A stretch of 63,710 bases of DNA, counting the filler, from Chrysochromulina tobinii (Eukaryota), in assembly GCA_001275005.1 (NCBI GenBank). It is 6 parts of 6 records of this genome, joined end to end, with 100 filler letters (N's around TTAATTAATTAA, not from the genome) between each part and the next. Parts side by side here need not be neighbours in the genome. Positions count along the whole stretch, not along the records: positions 45,785 to 55,966 come from JWZX01001384.1; positions 56,067 to 62,033 come from JWZX01001387.1; positions 62,134 to 63,710 come from JWZX01001439.1; 3 more parts are not named here. The stretch is one strand, 5' to 3'. Each line of letters opens with the position of its first letter. Positions within the stretch are counted from its first letter, which is position 1. Made by a program: the position numbers and the translations under genes. Under the pieces are notes generated by a model. The model saw nothing but the letters and a program-made list of their open reading frames with translations, did no database searches and was not told where the DNA came from. Below are positions 53,650 to 63,710 of the stretch, one piece after another.

Positions 53650-53836
53650 TTCGTGGCGGTCCGATTGATGACGTTTGATGAGCGGAGATGTATGTGAGGA
53701 CCTCTCTGGGCGGCCCAGCCGAACCAGTGTTTCACAGCGGCTAAAGTTGATAGAGGCCCACGTGCTTGGGGGTCCGGAGAGTGTGCGCGTCGTGTGTTTC
53801 ACAGCAGAGCAACACCCAAACTAATATCGACGAAAA

Positions 53837-54856
53837 ATGGAGATGGCGCGGGACCTCTCGTTCGCCCGACTCCACGAGGATAGGGTCGAAGAGACTAAAA
53901 TCAAGGAAGTGCATGGTGCATCGGATCCGCCATCCGAGAGCGGCGGTTCCGCGGCAACTATCCCGACGATCATTGGCGCGCCATCGATCCTCGCGTTGCT
54001 CCTGTACCTTGTGCAGACTACGGAGTCGCACGCCCTGCGTCGAATGCTTATCTGCGCGATTCCATCGGTGATGATGCTCTTCATGTCCCTCGTCGCGTAT
54101 CGGCTGACGGTGCCGACCGACGTCATGTCTGCCTTTCAGCACCTGGCAGCGGGTCTACTGATCTCCGCTGTCTCTGTCGAGCTGGTCCCGCCGCTGCTTG
54201 AGGCGCCGAGTGACCTGACGACGATGCTTGCGATCGTGGGCGGCTTCGCGGCCGGCATCGGCATGCTCACGTTGCTCGCGACGTTTTGTGAGGCCGACGA
54301 GGCCGACGAGGACGAGAGCGAGCAGGATGCGCTCGCGAGGACGCCTCGGGGCCTGACGCACCTCGAGCACGCGCGGCGTGCGGCCACGCAGTCGGCGCCG
54401 CCGTACCCGTTCGCGCTGGTGGCGGCCGTCACGACCGACGCGGCCGTCGACGGTCTGCTCGTGGGCGTCGCGAGCGCCGCCGTGAGCGCCCAGGCCGACG
54501 CGGGCCTGATCTTGTCGCTTGCGCTGGCAGTCGAGATGGGGTTCACCGGGTTGGCGTATGCCTCGACGCTGCGCAAGCAGCCGCCACTCACCGCGCTCTT
54601 CTCGATTGTGTTGCCGCCGCTTGTCCTCGCGGTTGGCGCCGTCGTGGGCGTCATTGCCGCCGCGGCGCTCGCGACGGCGCCCACGATGCACGTGGCGCTG
54701 CTTGCGTTCGGTACCTCGGCACTCCTGTATCTCGTCACTGTTGAGCTGCTGCACGAAGCGCACAACGCGATGGAGAAGCAGCACATCTGGTGGGTGGAGC
54801 TCATGTTCTTTGTGGGCTTCCTCGTGGCTGTCGTCCTCGAGAAGCTCCAGAAATGA
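53837..54856 (+). CDS. ZIP-family zinc/iron permease
   Basis: QHLAAGLLISAVSVELVP, DAAVDGLLVG, LAVEMGFTG, FGTSALLYLVTVELLHEAH; multiple TM segments. Confidence 0.85.
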   Translation: MEMARDLSFARLHEDRVEETKIKEVHGASDPPSESGGSAATIPTIIGAPSILALLLYLVQTTESHALRRMLICAIPSVMMLFMSLVAYRLTVPTDVMSAFQHLAAGLLISAVSVELVPPLLEAPSDLTTMLAIVGGFAAGIGMLTLLATFCEADEADEDESEQDALARTPRGLTHLEHARRAATQSAPPYPFALVAAVTTDAAVDGLLVGVASAAVSAQADAGLILSLALAVEMGFTGLAYASTLRKQPPLTALFSIVLPPLVLAVGAVVGVIAAAALATAPTMHVALLAFGTSALLYLVTVELLHEAHNAMEKQHIWWVELMFFVGFLVAVVLEKLQK

Positions 54857-54899
54857 GGCACCGCTGCCACGTGGCAATAAGGCACCGCTGCCACGTGGC
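54856..54899. repeat. 20-bp direct repeat AGGCACCGCTGCCACGTGGC x2 at the ZIP stop codon
   Basis: Copies at 54856-54875 and 54880-54899, each containing the palindrome GCCACGTGGC. Confidence 0.85.
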
Positions 54900-55136
54900 G
54901 GCTGCCGGAGAGCGCGAGAGGCTCGAGCATCGAGGGGCGGACCGCTTTTGGCTCACAATGCGGATCGCGTATGACTCCTGGACTGGCTAGGAAGTGCTGT
55001 GTTTGAGGTGATTTGAGGTCGGAAAGTGCGGGCTATACCGTGCAAGTGGCTGCAACCGTGAAAACGGTCCGGGGATACGTATTTTGCATTCCGGCCACTG
55101 TGTTCGGAAACACATCGCATGATACGATAGGAATCC

Positions 55137-55507
55137 TAGGGTAACTACCTGAGTAGTGAAAGTGTGAAACCCTCCCCCAAGGTCAAAATCTTGCGCCCCA
55201 GTGTGTTGAAACACCATAGGGTACGACTACCTGAGTAGTGAAACCCTCCCCCAAGGTCAAAATCTTGCGCCCCAGTGTGTTGAAACACCATAGGGTAACT
55301 ATCCGTGAGTAGTGAAACCCTCCCCCTAGGTCAAAATCTTGCGCCCCAGTGTGTTGAAACACCATAGGGTAACTATCTGCGTAGTGAAACCCTCCCCCTA
55401 GGTCAAAATCTTGCGCCCCAGTGTGTGTTGAAACACCATAGGGTAACTATCTGCGTAGTGAAACCCTCGCCCCGCAAGTCCAAGTGGTCAATAAAAATCT
55501 TGCGCCC
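55137..55507. repeat. ~74-bp tandem repeat array, four full units plus one degenerate unit
   Basis: Units start at 55137, 55217, 55291, 55365 and 55439. Confidence 0.95.
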
Positions 55508-55911
55508 TTTCGCCATTCGGTGTTTGCTTCTTCTCTGCGCGGCGTCGGGCTCCGTCCGCGCGCGGCCTGATTGGCCGGGCGGGCCGGTGGTCGCGGGTGC
55601 GTCGGAGGACGGAGCGCTCCGGCCGTGTCGCGTCTCTGGGGCGATACATCCAAGATACATGATGAGATACAGTGTTATCTCTCAAATGCATCCAGAAGCC
55701 ATCGTTGGGGGACCTCGAACAGTCGAACTCTATGTAAATTAGAGGTACTAAGTTCTGAGGTACAATTGTACAAGCCACGAACCAGCGCGCCACGGGTCGC
55801 ATATATTTTTTTGTTTTCCGCAGAGTTGATAATATCGCGCGTCGCGTAGATCGTTAATCGATTTTCGTCCTCGTGGGCGTTTCCCCCCGAACGAAAGTGT
55901 CTTACCGCTCC

Positions 55912-58900
55912 CTTGTGGTGATCGTCGCGGGCGTGCCCGCCATCCTCTGCGGCTACGAGGTCGCAGNNNNNNNNNNNNNNNNNNNNNNNNNNNNNNNNNN
56001 NNNNNNNNNNTTAATTAATTAANNNNNNNNNNNNNNNNNNNNNNNNNNNNNNNNNNNNNNNNNNNNCGCACGTACCGCACCCTCGACGAGGACGCGACCA
56101 CCAGCGTGCTGCTCGACGACTTCTTCGCGTACCTGATGGACTCGTGCGTCGGGGAAAAAAAAAATCCCCGTCGCCAAAGCCTTCTCCGCCGCCGCTGCGG
56201 CCGCCGCCACCCTCGCCTCCACCGCCGAGCCTGCCTCCCCCGGCCTTGCCACCGCGTCCGCCGCCACCCTCGCCCCCGCCCATCGCGCCCCCGACGCCTC
56301 GACCGCCGCCTTATTGTCCGCCGCCGCCTGCGCCCCCGCCCTCGGCCCCCTCGCCTCCACCTCCGCGGCCCGCCTCGCCGCCGCCGCCGCCCGCCTCGCC
56401 GCCGCTGTGGCAGGCGATGAGCCGCGAGGACCGGGCCGCCGTCTTTGCCGATCGGCAGGCAGCCGTCGCCACGCAAGCACGCGCCGCGCTCGAGTCAGCC
56501 CTCCTCGCCGACGACACGCCCATCATCACCACGGTCGTCACCCCTGTCACCGTGTATCCCATCGAAGCCTCGTTCTCCCTTGCCGGGGCCACCGTCGAGA
56601 GCTTCGGCGCCTCTGAGCGCGAGGCCTTCCGCACGGGGTTGGCGACGATGCTCAGTGTGCCCGCCTCGGACGTCACGATCGCGGTAAGTGCGGGCTCGGT
56701 GCTCGTCACGGCAGTGGTGACGGCCAGCAGTGCAGATATGCAGCAGACGCTCGCCACCACATTCAGGTGAGCTTGAGCTTCGCTAATCTGAGCAACGCAG
56801 CTGATGGGATGCGGGGGGGGGCTGTTCTTTGCCTCTCTCTCCTGCCCTCGCCCTGTTGCATCCATGCCAGAGTCTGACTCCACGCCCAGGTTCTTGTTCA
56901 TGTGTCTCATTTGCTCACCCCCTCCCCCTGCGGCCCGTGCGCCTGTGCCTGGTGCCGATGCGTGCGCAGCTCCCAAGATGAGGCTACGTTCGAGGTCGCC
57001 CTGCAGGTGGACACTTCGGTGCCACAGGTGGCCATCCAGCCGCCCATCGTCATCAACGTGACCACGAACGTCACCACCATTCCCGTCAACCCCGCACGCG
57101 AGCACTTCATCGACGGTATGGTACGCACGTACCGCACCCTCGACGAGGACGCGACCACCAGCGTGCTGCTCGACGACTTCTTCGCGTACCTGATGGACTC
57201 GTGCGTCGGGGGCGCGCCCGGGCCGGAGGATCTCAACTGGACCTTCAACGGCGCGACATTCTTCATGATGACGATCCTCACCACGATCGGGTACGGCACC
57301 TTCGCCCCCTCGCTGCCTCTCGGTCGCTGGATGGTCATCTTCTTGGGCTCGGTGACCATCGTCCTCTTTGGGCTGGTCTCGCGCCCGGCTGTGGATCTCG
57401 TCGAGGCGCTCGAGACGCGTACCGAGCGGCTGCTGCTGTTTGTGAGCGGCCGCTCATCGGGCGCGAAGCCCCTCTCGACGCATCGGCAGATGCTGCTCAA
57501 AGGGGCGAGCGCGATGCTCGTGTGCAACGGCGTCATCATGGCAGCCGCGCTGATCGTCTACTATGACCGTGATGGAGAGGATCCGCTCCATGAAGAGTGG
57601 GACTATGGCACGTGCTACTACTTCTGCTTCGTCACCTTCTCGAGCATCGGCCTGGGCGACTTTAGCCTGGGCCCGGCCGACAACAGCAACTACGAGCTCG
57701 GGCGGCTGCTCGTGCAGGCGCTGATCATCATGTTCGGGATGGCGTCTTTCAACTGTTCGACCGGGGCCTGGTGCGAGCTCGTGCAGACACTCGGAGTGGA
57801 GCTTGCCTCTCAAGTCGAAGCTTGGGCGGTTGAGCAGTCCAGACGTGTTGCCATTCACCTTCGCAGCAGCAGGGTGCAGCCCTCGCCGATCAAAGAGAAG
57901 ACTACACTCACCCAGAAGACGAGGTTCACCAATGAGACTGCCGACGTGAGGACGACTCTCACCCAGACCACGACACTCATCCAGACCACGACACTCACCC
58001 ATACGTCGACACCGAACCCGGCGCACAAGGGCCTCAAGGGCCTCAAGCGGGCCGTCAAGAAAGTGCAGATTGCCAACGTTGTCGCGCGACCCGCCGTCAA
58101 ACGCCGACGCGATGTGGGAATCTTCGGTGCGCTGGGCAAAGCGGTGGTCGTTGCTGATCCGAAGGGATCGCATGTGGCACAGGCCCAGCCGGGGCGGTGC
58201 GAGCAACGTCTTCGTGCATGCCTGGCGGTCATCGGGTACCTGTCGCTTTTTTACGCGAGCATCCTCATCTGCGCTGCCATTTTCGTGCACGTCGAGGCCG
58301 CAACGGAGGAGGCAGAAGCGGTCGCCATGCGCCTCGAAGAGAACGAGTTGCGCGAGAGCATGGGCCTCGAGAGGCTCTCGCTGGGAAGTCAGGATAGCGT
58401 GCGATCGTCGCCCCCATCCGCACCTTCAGAAGCCCGACCGGGCTCGCGCGAGGAAGCTGCCGCGGCGCTCGCAGCGCTCAGCCAGACGCCAGCGGAGGAG
58501 CGCGGGGCTGCTCTCGACTCGATTGTGGGCGACTATGAGCAAGTGGTGAAGAACGAGGCCGCTGCGGATTCGCTGACCGACTTTTTTCGCGATCGCCTCG
58601 CCACGTGCAAGAGCAGCTCCGGGGACTACAGCGAGCCCCGATGGAGCTTTGAGGGGGCGACCTTCTTCATGATGACCATCGCGACGACGATCGGGTACGG
58701 CACCTTCGCACCGAAGACACAATTGGGCAAAGCCATCGTCGTCCTCATCGGCCACCTTTCAATCATCCTCTACGGCATATGTATCGGAGTCATCATAGGT
58801 GAGATGACGACGGCCATCGACTGGATTGGATCCACGATGCTCTTCGTCAGCGGCAAGGTGGCGCAGGCCATCCGTCACTGCCGCGGCGGTCCGCCCTCGT

Positions 58901-59886
58901 CTACAGAGCCGGCACCCGAGCCGTCTGCAGAGCAGGAAGCTCGGTACAAGTTGCTCGTTGCCCTCGGCCTCCTGCACGGCTACATCGGCATATGCGCGCA
59001 CTGGGCACAGGGCGTGTTCGGCCGCTACCTGGAGACGGAAATGACCTTCGAAGAGAGCTACTACTATGGCTTTTGCAGCTTCAGCACCATCGGCTTTGGC
59101 GACTACGCGCTCCAGCCTTTTGGTCTCCTTGAAGTGAATCCGCGAACCCTTCTTTTCGTCCAAGCGCTCACCGTCTTTGTCGGTCTGGCGTTCTTCAGTT
59201 GCTTCGTGAATCACGGAGCCGCTTGGTGCAACGAGATCGCGCCGATCGCCTGGGCCATCGCCATCAAGGCAGCGGGGTGGCTGATGGCTTGTTGTCCGGT
59301 ATTCACGTCCTCGAGGATTGCGACCCCTACTGTACACATCTCGCCGCCAGCCTCGCCGCCAGCAACGGATGCACCCACCGACGACAGGGATGATGCAGTG
59401 GAGATGGTCTCAAGCCTCTCAACCACGGACCGCCTATCTCTACTTAAGTTATCGTCGACGCCCATGCCCACACCGGAGCTCCTCCCGTGGAGTCCACGGG
59501 AGAGTGCAGAGGATTCAGAGCGCTCAGAGGCTCTTCACGCCACGCCCGCCGCTGAGTCACGACCCCGCCACGCGTCCTTCTCGAAGAAAGACGAGCAGCA
59601 GCGTGCGAGGGTGCAAGCTCTGCACAAGCCGGACGGTATAATGGCTGCACGGGTCCCGAAGCCCCGGTGCAAGAAGTACTGTGAACGTGCTCCGTCTCTC
59701 GGGCAGCGTTGCGCTCTTCTTGCGGCTTCTGCCATCGGGACGTATGTGGTCATCATCGCGGGCGGTGTCTGCCTGTACTATTCCGAGTCCGCCTTTGAGC
59801 GCATGGGCTCCTGCAGCGCCATGCGTGACGAGAACCAACTGCGTATGAGCATCCGCCTGTCGCCCATGGAGAGCCCGTTCTGTTGA
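55912..59886 (+). CDS. Tandem (double) two-pore-domain K+ channel with four pore loops; 5' end spans a gap; intron 56767-56969
   Basis: Filters TTIGYG, SSIGLG, TTIGYG, STIGFG in one 994-aa ORF; M1-like LVVIVAGVPAILCGYE before the gap; Pro-rich/SEA-like exon 56164-56766. Confidence 0.85.
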
Positions 59887-60588
59887 GCTCTGGACACTGA
59901 CTACCAACCTTCCTTGGCTTGTGCGTCGTTGAAGAGTGGAAAGCCAAACGTGTTCTCATGTCGGTTGATGGGGTGACCAGCGTGTGATGTTGCGTGTGAT
60001 GATACGTGGGAGTATGTAACAAACGCCGGGTGTCCGGTGTCGCCCTCATCGTGTCGATTCACTTCAGTGTGTATCGTAATGCCGGTCCAGTCTCATGCTG
60101 GGTGCGTTGTGTGTGCATCGATGGCGCTGGGCCGGGCGGGTGGTGGCTGGTGCGGGCGGCCGCGCTATAGGTGTGTGTAGTCGCGAGTACTGAGTTGTCC
60201 ACTCGGTCATGCGTCGTCTACTCCCCACTCGGTCATGTTGAATAGCCACAGGGTTCGGTTGAAGTTCAAGTATGACTATGAGCCGAGCGCAACCTCGAAG
60301 CGCCGAAGCCCGTCGGAACTCCCATCCGCCGCATGATCCGCCGTCCGGGCCACGCAGCCCTCAGCACACACTCGGCGGGACCATTCTAGGGTGGGTTAAT
60401 AAGCGAAGATATGTTCTTTCCAACACGTCGACTGCACTCAGTATTGAAATCAGGGTATGGGGATTGTGTGCAATATCCAGATATTTTTCCATCCCCATGA
60501 CACAAAAACGCAGCGCAATTGCCGGCGCGGGCCCATGGGGCCGTGGCCAGTGCCACAGTTGATTTTCGTGTTCGGACTCGTGTGCCTG

Positions 60589-61401
60589 TCAGCTGCACGC
60601 AGCTACCAACCGTTCCCTCGTTTGTTGGGCCTGAGCATCGCTCCGCCACCGCGCGGCAAAGAAGCGCACTGAATCCTCCGCGGGGCGCGCATCCGACGGC
60701 AATCGCTCGAGCATCGCAGAGAGTTCGGAAACCTCGAAGCCCCTCTCGCGAAGTCGTGAGAGGAAGAGACGAAGCGTGCGCTGGCAGCGCGCCGCGGTCG
60801 CGAATAAGGCGGCACTCTCGACGGTCGGTCGAAGCGCGGCACTCACCGCGTCCAGCAACGCGCTGTGGAGGATGTCAGCATAATCGCAGTCGGCGGCTAC
60901 CACGATCGAGTAGCCCTCCTTGCTTGCCATCCCCGCAAGGGCGGTCGGGTCGTCCCACGCGAGAGGCTCAGGAAGCAGGACCTCCTCGAGCGAGAGACTC
61001 GGCTGCGATGCGCGTGCGTCGTCGATGTATGCAGCGAGGTTGAAACGTAGCTCCGTGAGCACGGCTGTGCTATCTGTCACGGCCACCTTGGACATGCCGC
61101 ACAAGGCGAGTGCGACACCAGGTAACGCCGAGCATCCGCAGCCAAGCTCGATGCCAGCTCCTGAATGGATCGCTTCGCGCAAGCAACCGCCACCGCTAGC
61201 CATGAGTGCCGTAGCGAGAGCTGGCCCGGCTTGCCATATCAATGCTCCCGTGCCGACTGCACTCACAGCGGCGGCACCCGGCTGCTTTGGAGAAAGCTTG
61301 AGAGTGCCAAGCGTGATGCTCGAGGTCTGCTCGTCCGCGTCGTTGAGGTCGGTAGTCCACTTGGCCTCTGGCTCGCCATCGCCGCACAGATCGAGCATCA
61401 T
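60589..61401 (-). CDS. Methyltransferase family 16 (METTL21/EEF2KMT-like) protein lysine methyltransferase
   Basis: TGALIWQAG, IELGCG, VTD, LAWDD, VVAADCDY (DxxY). Confidence 0.88.
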   Translation of the reverse strand: MMLDLCGDGEPEAKWTTDLNDADEQTSSITLGTLKLSPKQPGAAAVSAVGTGALIWQAGPALATALMASGGGCLREAIHSGAGIELGCGCSALPGVALALCGMSKVAVTDSTAVLTELRFNLAAYIDDARASQPSLSLEEVLLPEPLAWDDPTALAGMASKEGYSIVVAADCDYADILHSALLDAVSAALRPTVESAALFATAARCQRTLRLFLSRLRERGFEVSELSAMLERLPSDARPAEDSVRFFAARWRSDAQAQQTRERLVAACS

Positions 61402-61620
61402 TTGAGGGCGCGCCTGCTTCAATGTGAGTGTGAAGTTTCAACCTATTTTGGGACTTCAATTTCCTTTATGATTGGAGCCATTTCACAACGCACATGCAAA
61501 ATCCCCGAGATAGGGGTTCTACCTCCCGACTTCCCCTATGGAAAAGGGGGTTCGAGGTGTCGGGAGGGGCGGGGTAGGGGTGTCATCATACCGATGAACC
61601 CTGGGCCGTATAGGCCGTTA

Positions 61621-61800
61621 TACTTGTGGGTGTGGCACGCAGGGGGCGGTTGCAAAGGAACCCGCGCCCCTCGCTGGGGGGGAGTTCGGTTCTAGCAGCC
61701 CGACGTGGTCCTGGTCCGCGCCCGCCGCCTCGTTAGGTAACCCCCAGCGAGGGGCGCGAGTTCCTTTGCAACCGCCCCCTGCGTGCCACACCCACAAGTA
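61621..61800. mobile_element. MITE with 60-bp TIRs and TA target-site duplication (Tc1/mariner-like)
   Basis: 61621-61680 is the reverse complement of 61741-61800 with one mismatch; TA at 61619-20 and 61801-02. Confidence 0.85.
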
Positions 61801-61803
61801 TAA

Positions 61804-62033
61804 CAGTGTTCAGAGCTCAACAGAACGGGCTCTCCATGGGCGGCAGGCGGATGCTCATACGCAGTTGGTTCTCGTCACGCATGGCGCTGCAGGAGCCCAT
61901 GCGCTCAAAGGCGGACTCGGAATAGTACAGGCAGACACCGCCCGTGATGATGACCACATACGTCCCGATGGCAGAAGCCGCAAGAAGAGCGCAACGCTGC
62001 CCGAGAGACGGAGCACGTTCACAGTACTTCTTG
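61804..62033 (-). repeat. Inverted 230-bp near-identical copy of the K+ channel 3' end (59670-59899), truncated by the gap
   Basis: Reverse-complement match with three substitutions noticed. Confidence 0.9.
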
Positions 62034-62135
62034 NNNNNNNNNNNNNNNNNNNNNNNNNNNNNNNNNNNNNNNNNNNNTTAATTAATTAANNNNNNNNNNN
62101 NNNNNNNNNNNNNNNNNNNNNNNNNNNNNNNNNAG

Positions 62136-63710
62136 TCGTACTCGGCTGAGCTTGCCTCGCTCATGGGCTTTCACGGCGGTTTCAAGCCCCTCGTCGTTCG
62201 CTCCGACCAAGGCAGCGCTTTCGTCTCCTTTTATTTCCGCGAGTTTCTCTCCGCCCGCCAGATTCATCAATCGTTAGCATGCACTTACACGCCGCAGCAG
62301 AACTCACATGCTGAGCGGTTCTTCGGGGTTGTGTTCGCAACTGCCCGCGTCCTGCTGGCTGCCGCCAATCTACCGCCGATATTCCATCCCTTCGCCATCC
62401 AGACGGCCGCGTGGATCCACAATCGCCTCCCACGGCCTTCCCGCGGCAACGAGACGCCGTACTATGTCCTCACCCGTTCTCTGCCTTCGCTGGCAATGCT
62501 CTACTGCTTTGGATGCCTGGCTGCCGTCGTCATCCCCGTCCCCCGTCGTGAGGGCGATCGTCACTTTGCCGATCGTGGCGAGCACGCCATCTACCTCGGT
62601 CCTTCTGAGGTCAGCCCTGGCCACGTGGTTTACTTGCTCTCTTCTCGTCGCATCACTACTGTGGCCAAAATCCACCCATGGGAGGATCAATTCCCTGGCA
62701 TTGCCGGCGAGCGGTACTCGTGGTTCACCGATGATACCCCGCCGCTGCCGTCAGAGGGGCCCGCCGTCCCGACCGCCGCCGTTCCGACCGCCGTCGATAC
62801 CGCCGTCGATGTACCGACCGCCGCCCGTGACGGCCCCACGAGTCACGGCCCTACGGCCAGTGTCCCTGACGCGGCCGACGCTGCGCCCCCGGCTCCTGCA
62901 CCTACCTCTACCGCTCCACCTCCACCAACGCCGCCGGCAGTTGTATCCGGAGGGGCTATCGGGTCCGGAGGGGCTGTCACGCCAGGAGGGGCGCCTGCCA
63001 CGTCAGGAGGGGCCACTGCCACGCCAGGAGGGGCTGCCCCACAGCGGTCAGCCCGACCCAAGGGTGAGTCACGCAAGCTCGTCGTCGAGACGACAGAGAG
63101 CCCACCGGATCCCGCCGGAGCAGCCCCTCGCCGCCCTGGTTCTCGAGTTGGATCGTCCGTGTGCTATGGCCAGATCGCCATGCAGGCCGCGATGAGCCTC
63201 TTCGCGCTTACGGCCGTAGCCGCCGCCAACCTGCACGCCCCGATCTCTTTCGGTTTCGCCTTCACTTCCACCATCTCCTCAGTGGACGAGGCCTTCGGCG
63301 GCAAACCCCTCGATAGCCAATCCGACTCTTGGCTTGTCGATGCGGCCGCCCTTGCTGCTACGGCGGCTACTCTGACTATCACTGCCGACCTGGGCGAGCT
63401 AGACGTCCCTAAGTCCTTTCGCCAGGCTATGCGCAGCCCACAGCGTGACTATTGGCGTGAGGCCATCGCCAAGGAGCTGGCTGGACTGCTCGCTCTTGAG
63501 ACGTGGGAGATGGTACCCGCTAGCTCGATGCCGCCCGGCGCCAACCTGATGCACTGTCACTACGTGTTCACAGTCAAACGTAAGGCGGACGGATCTATCG
63601 AGAAGTTCAAGGCGAGGCTCGTCGCCGACGGCAACACCCAGAAGCACGGCATCGACTTCGACCGAGTGTTCGCAACCGTGGTCAAGACGTCTACGATCCG
63701 TCTCGTTCTT
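62136..63710 (+). mobile_element. Ty1/copia LTR retrotransposon pol fragment (integrase core, linker, start of reverse transcriptase)
   Basis: One open frame: VRSDQGSAF, YTPQQNSHAER, YCFGC, YLGP, PKSFRQAM...WREAIAKEL, VFTVKRKADGSIEKFKARLVADG..QKHGIDF; integrase-before-RT order is copia-type. Absent from the ORF track because it has no stop in the window. Confidence 0.95.

Noticed and set aside
55137..55507. CRISPR array or hammerhead ribozyme array
   Set aside because: Units are contiguous with no unique spacers and no cas genes. GAAAC and GTC are present, but CTGAGTA does not match the CUGANGA core and is not conserved across units.
56067..56163. 88-bp copy of 57124-57211 followed by A9, resembling a retroposed fragment
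   Set aside because: Identical sequence at a contig edge next to a gap; most likely a misassembly. Long reads would settle it.
4504..59886. Cys-TGA endings of rsmB, the GT77-like gene and the K+ channel as C-terminal CU selenoprotein motifs
   Set aside because: These are not redox families, TGA is a common stop in GC-rich genomes, and I identified no SECIS.

Overview
GC-rich, compact eukaryotic nuclear DNA, not prokaryotic: it has GT-AG introns, PABP, 14-3-3, cathepsin Z, an mRNA guanylyltransferase and a Ty1/copia element. Bipartite-looking plastid leaders, a flagellar PG-repeat protein and the intron style suggest a secondary-plastid alga, probably a haptophyte such as Chrysochromulina (inference, not verified). 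The window is a draft scaffold with five artificial 100-nt gap linkers (N44-TTAATTAATTAA-N44). About 35 protein genes or fragments can be supported, several rebuilt across introns or apparent frameshifts. The most notable observations are: (1) a K+ channel with four pore loops (two complete K2P units) in one ORF, plus an inverted diverged copy of its 3' end abutting a 60/60/60-bp MITE; (2) introns that share a strand-specific ~10-nt repeat and carry exon-duplicating direct repeats at their junctions, suggesting recent intron gain; (3) a TTCACAG motif on the sense strand upstream of about ten start codons; (4) unusual fusions: GPx with an inserted ShKT, CCR4/nocturnin-like EEP plus EF-hands, and repeat/CysRS-like/FAS1; (5) a 74-bp tandem array of conserved hairpins. 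All family calls come from motif recognition by eye; no searches were run.
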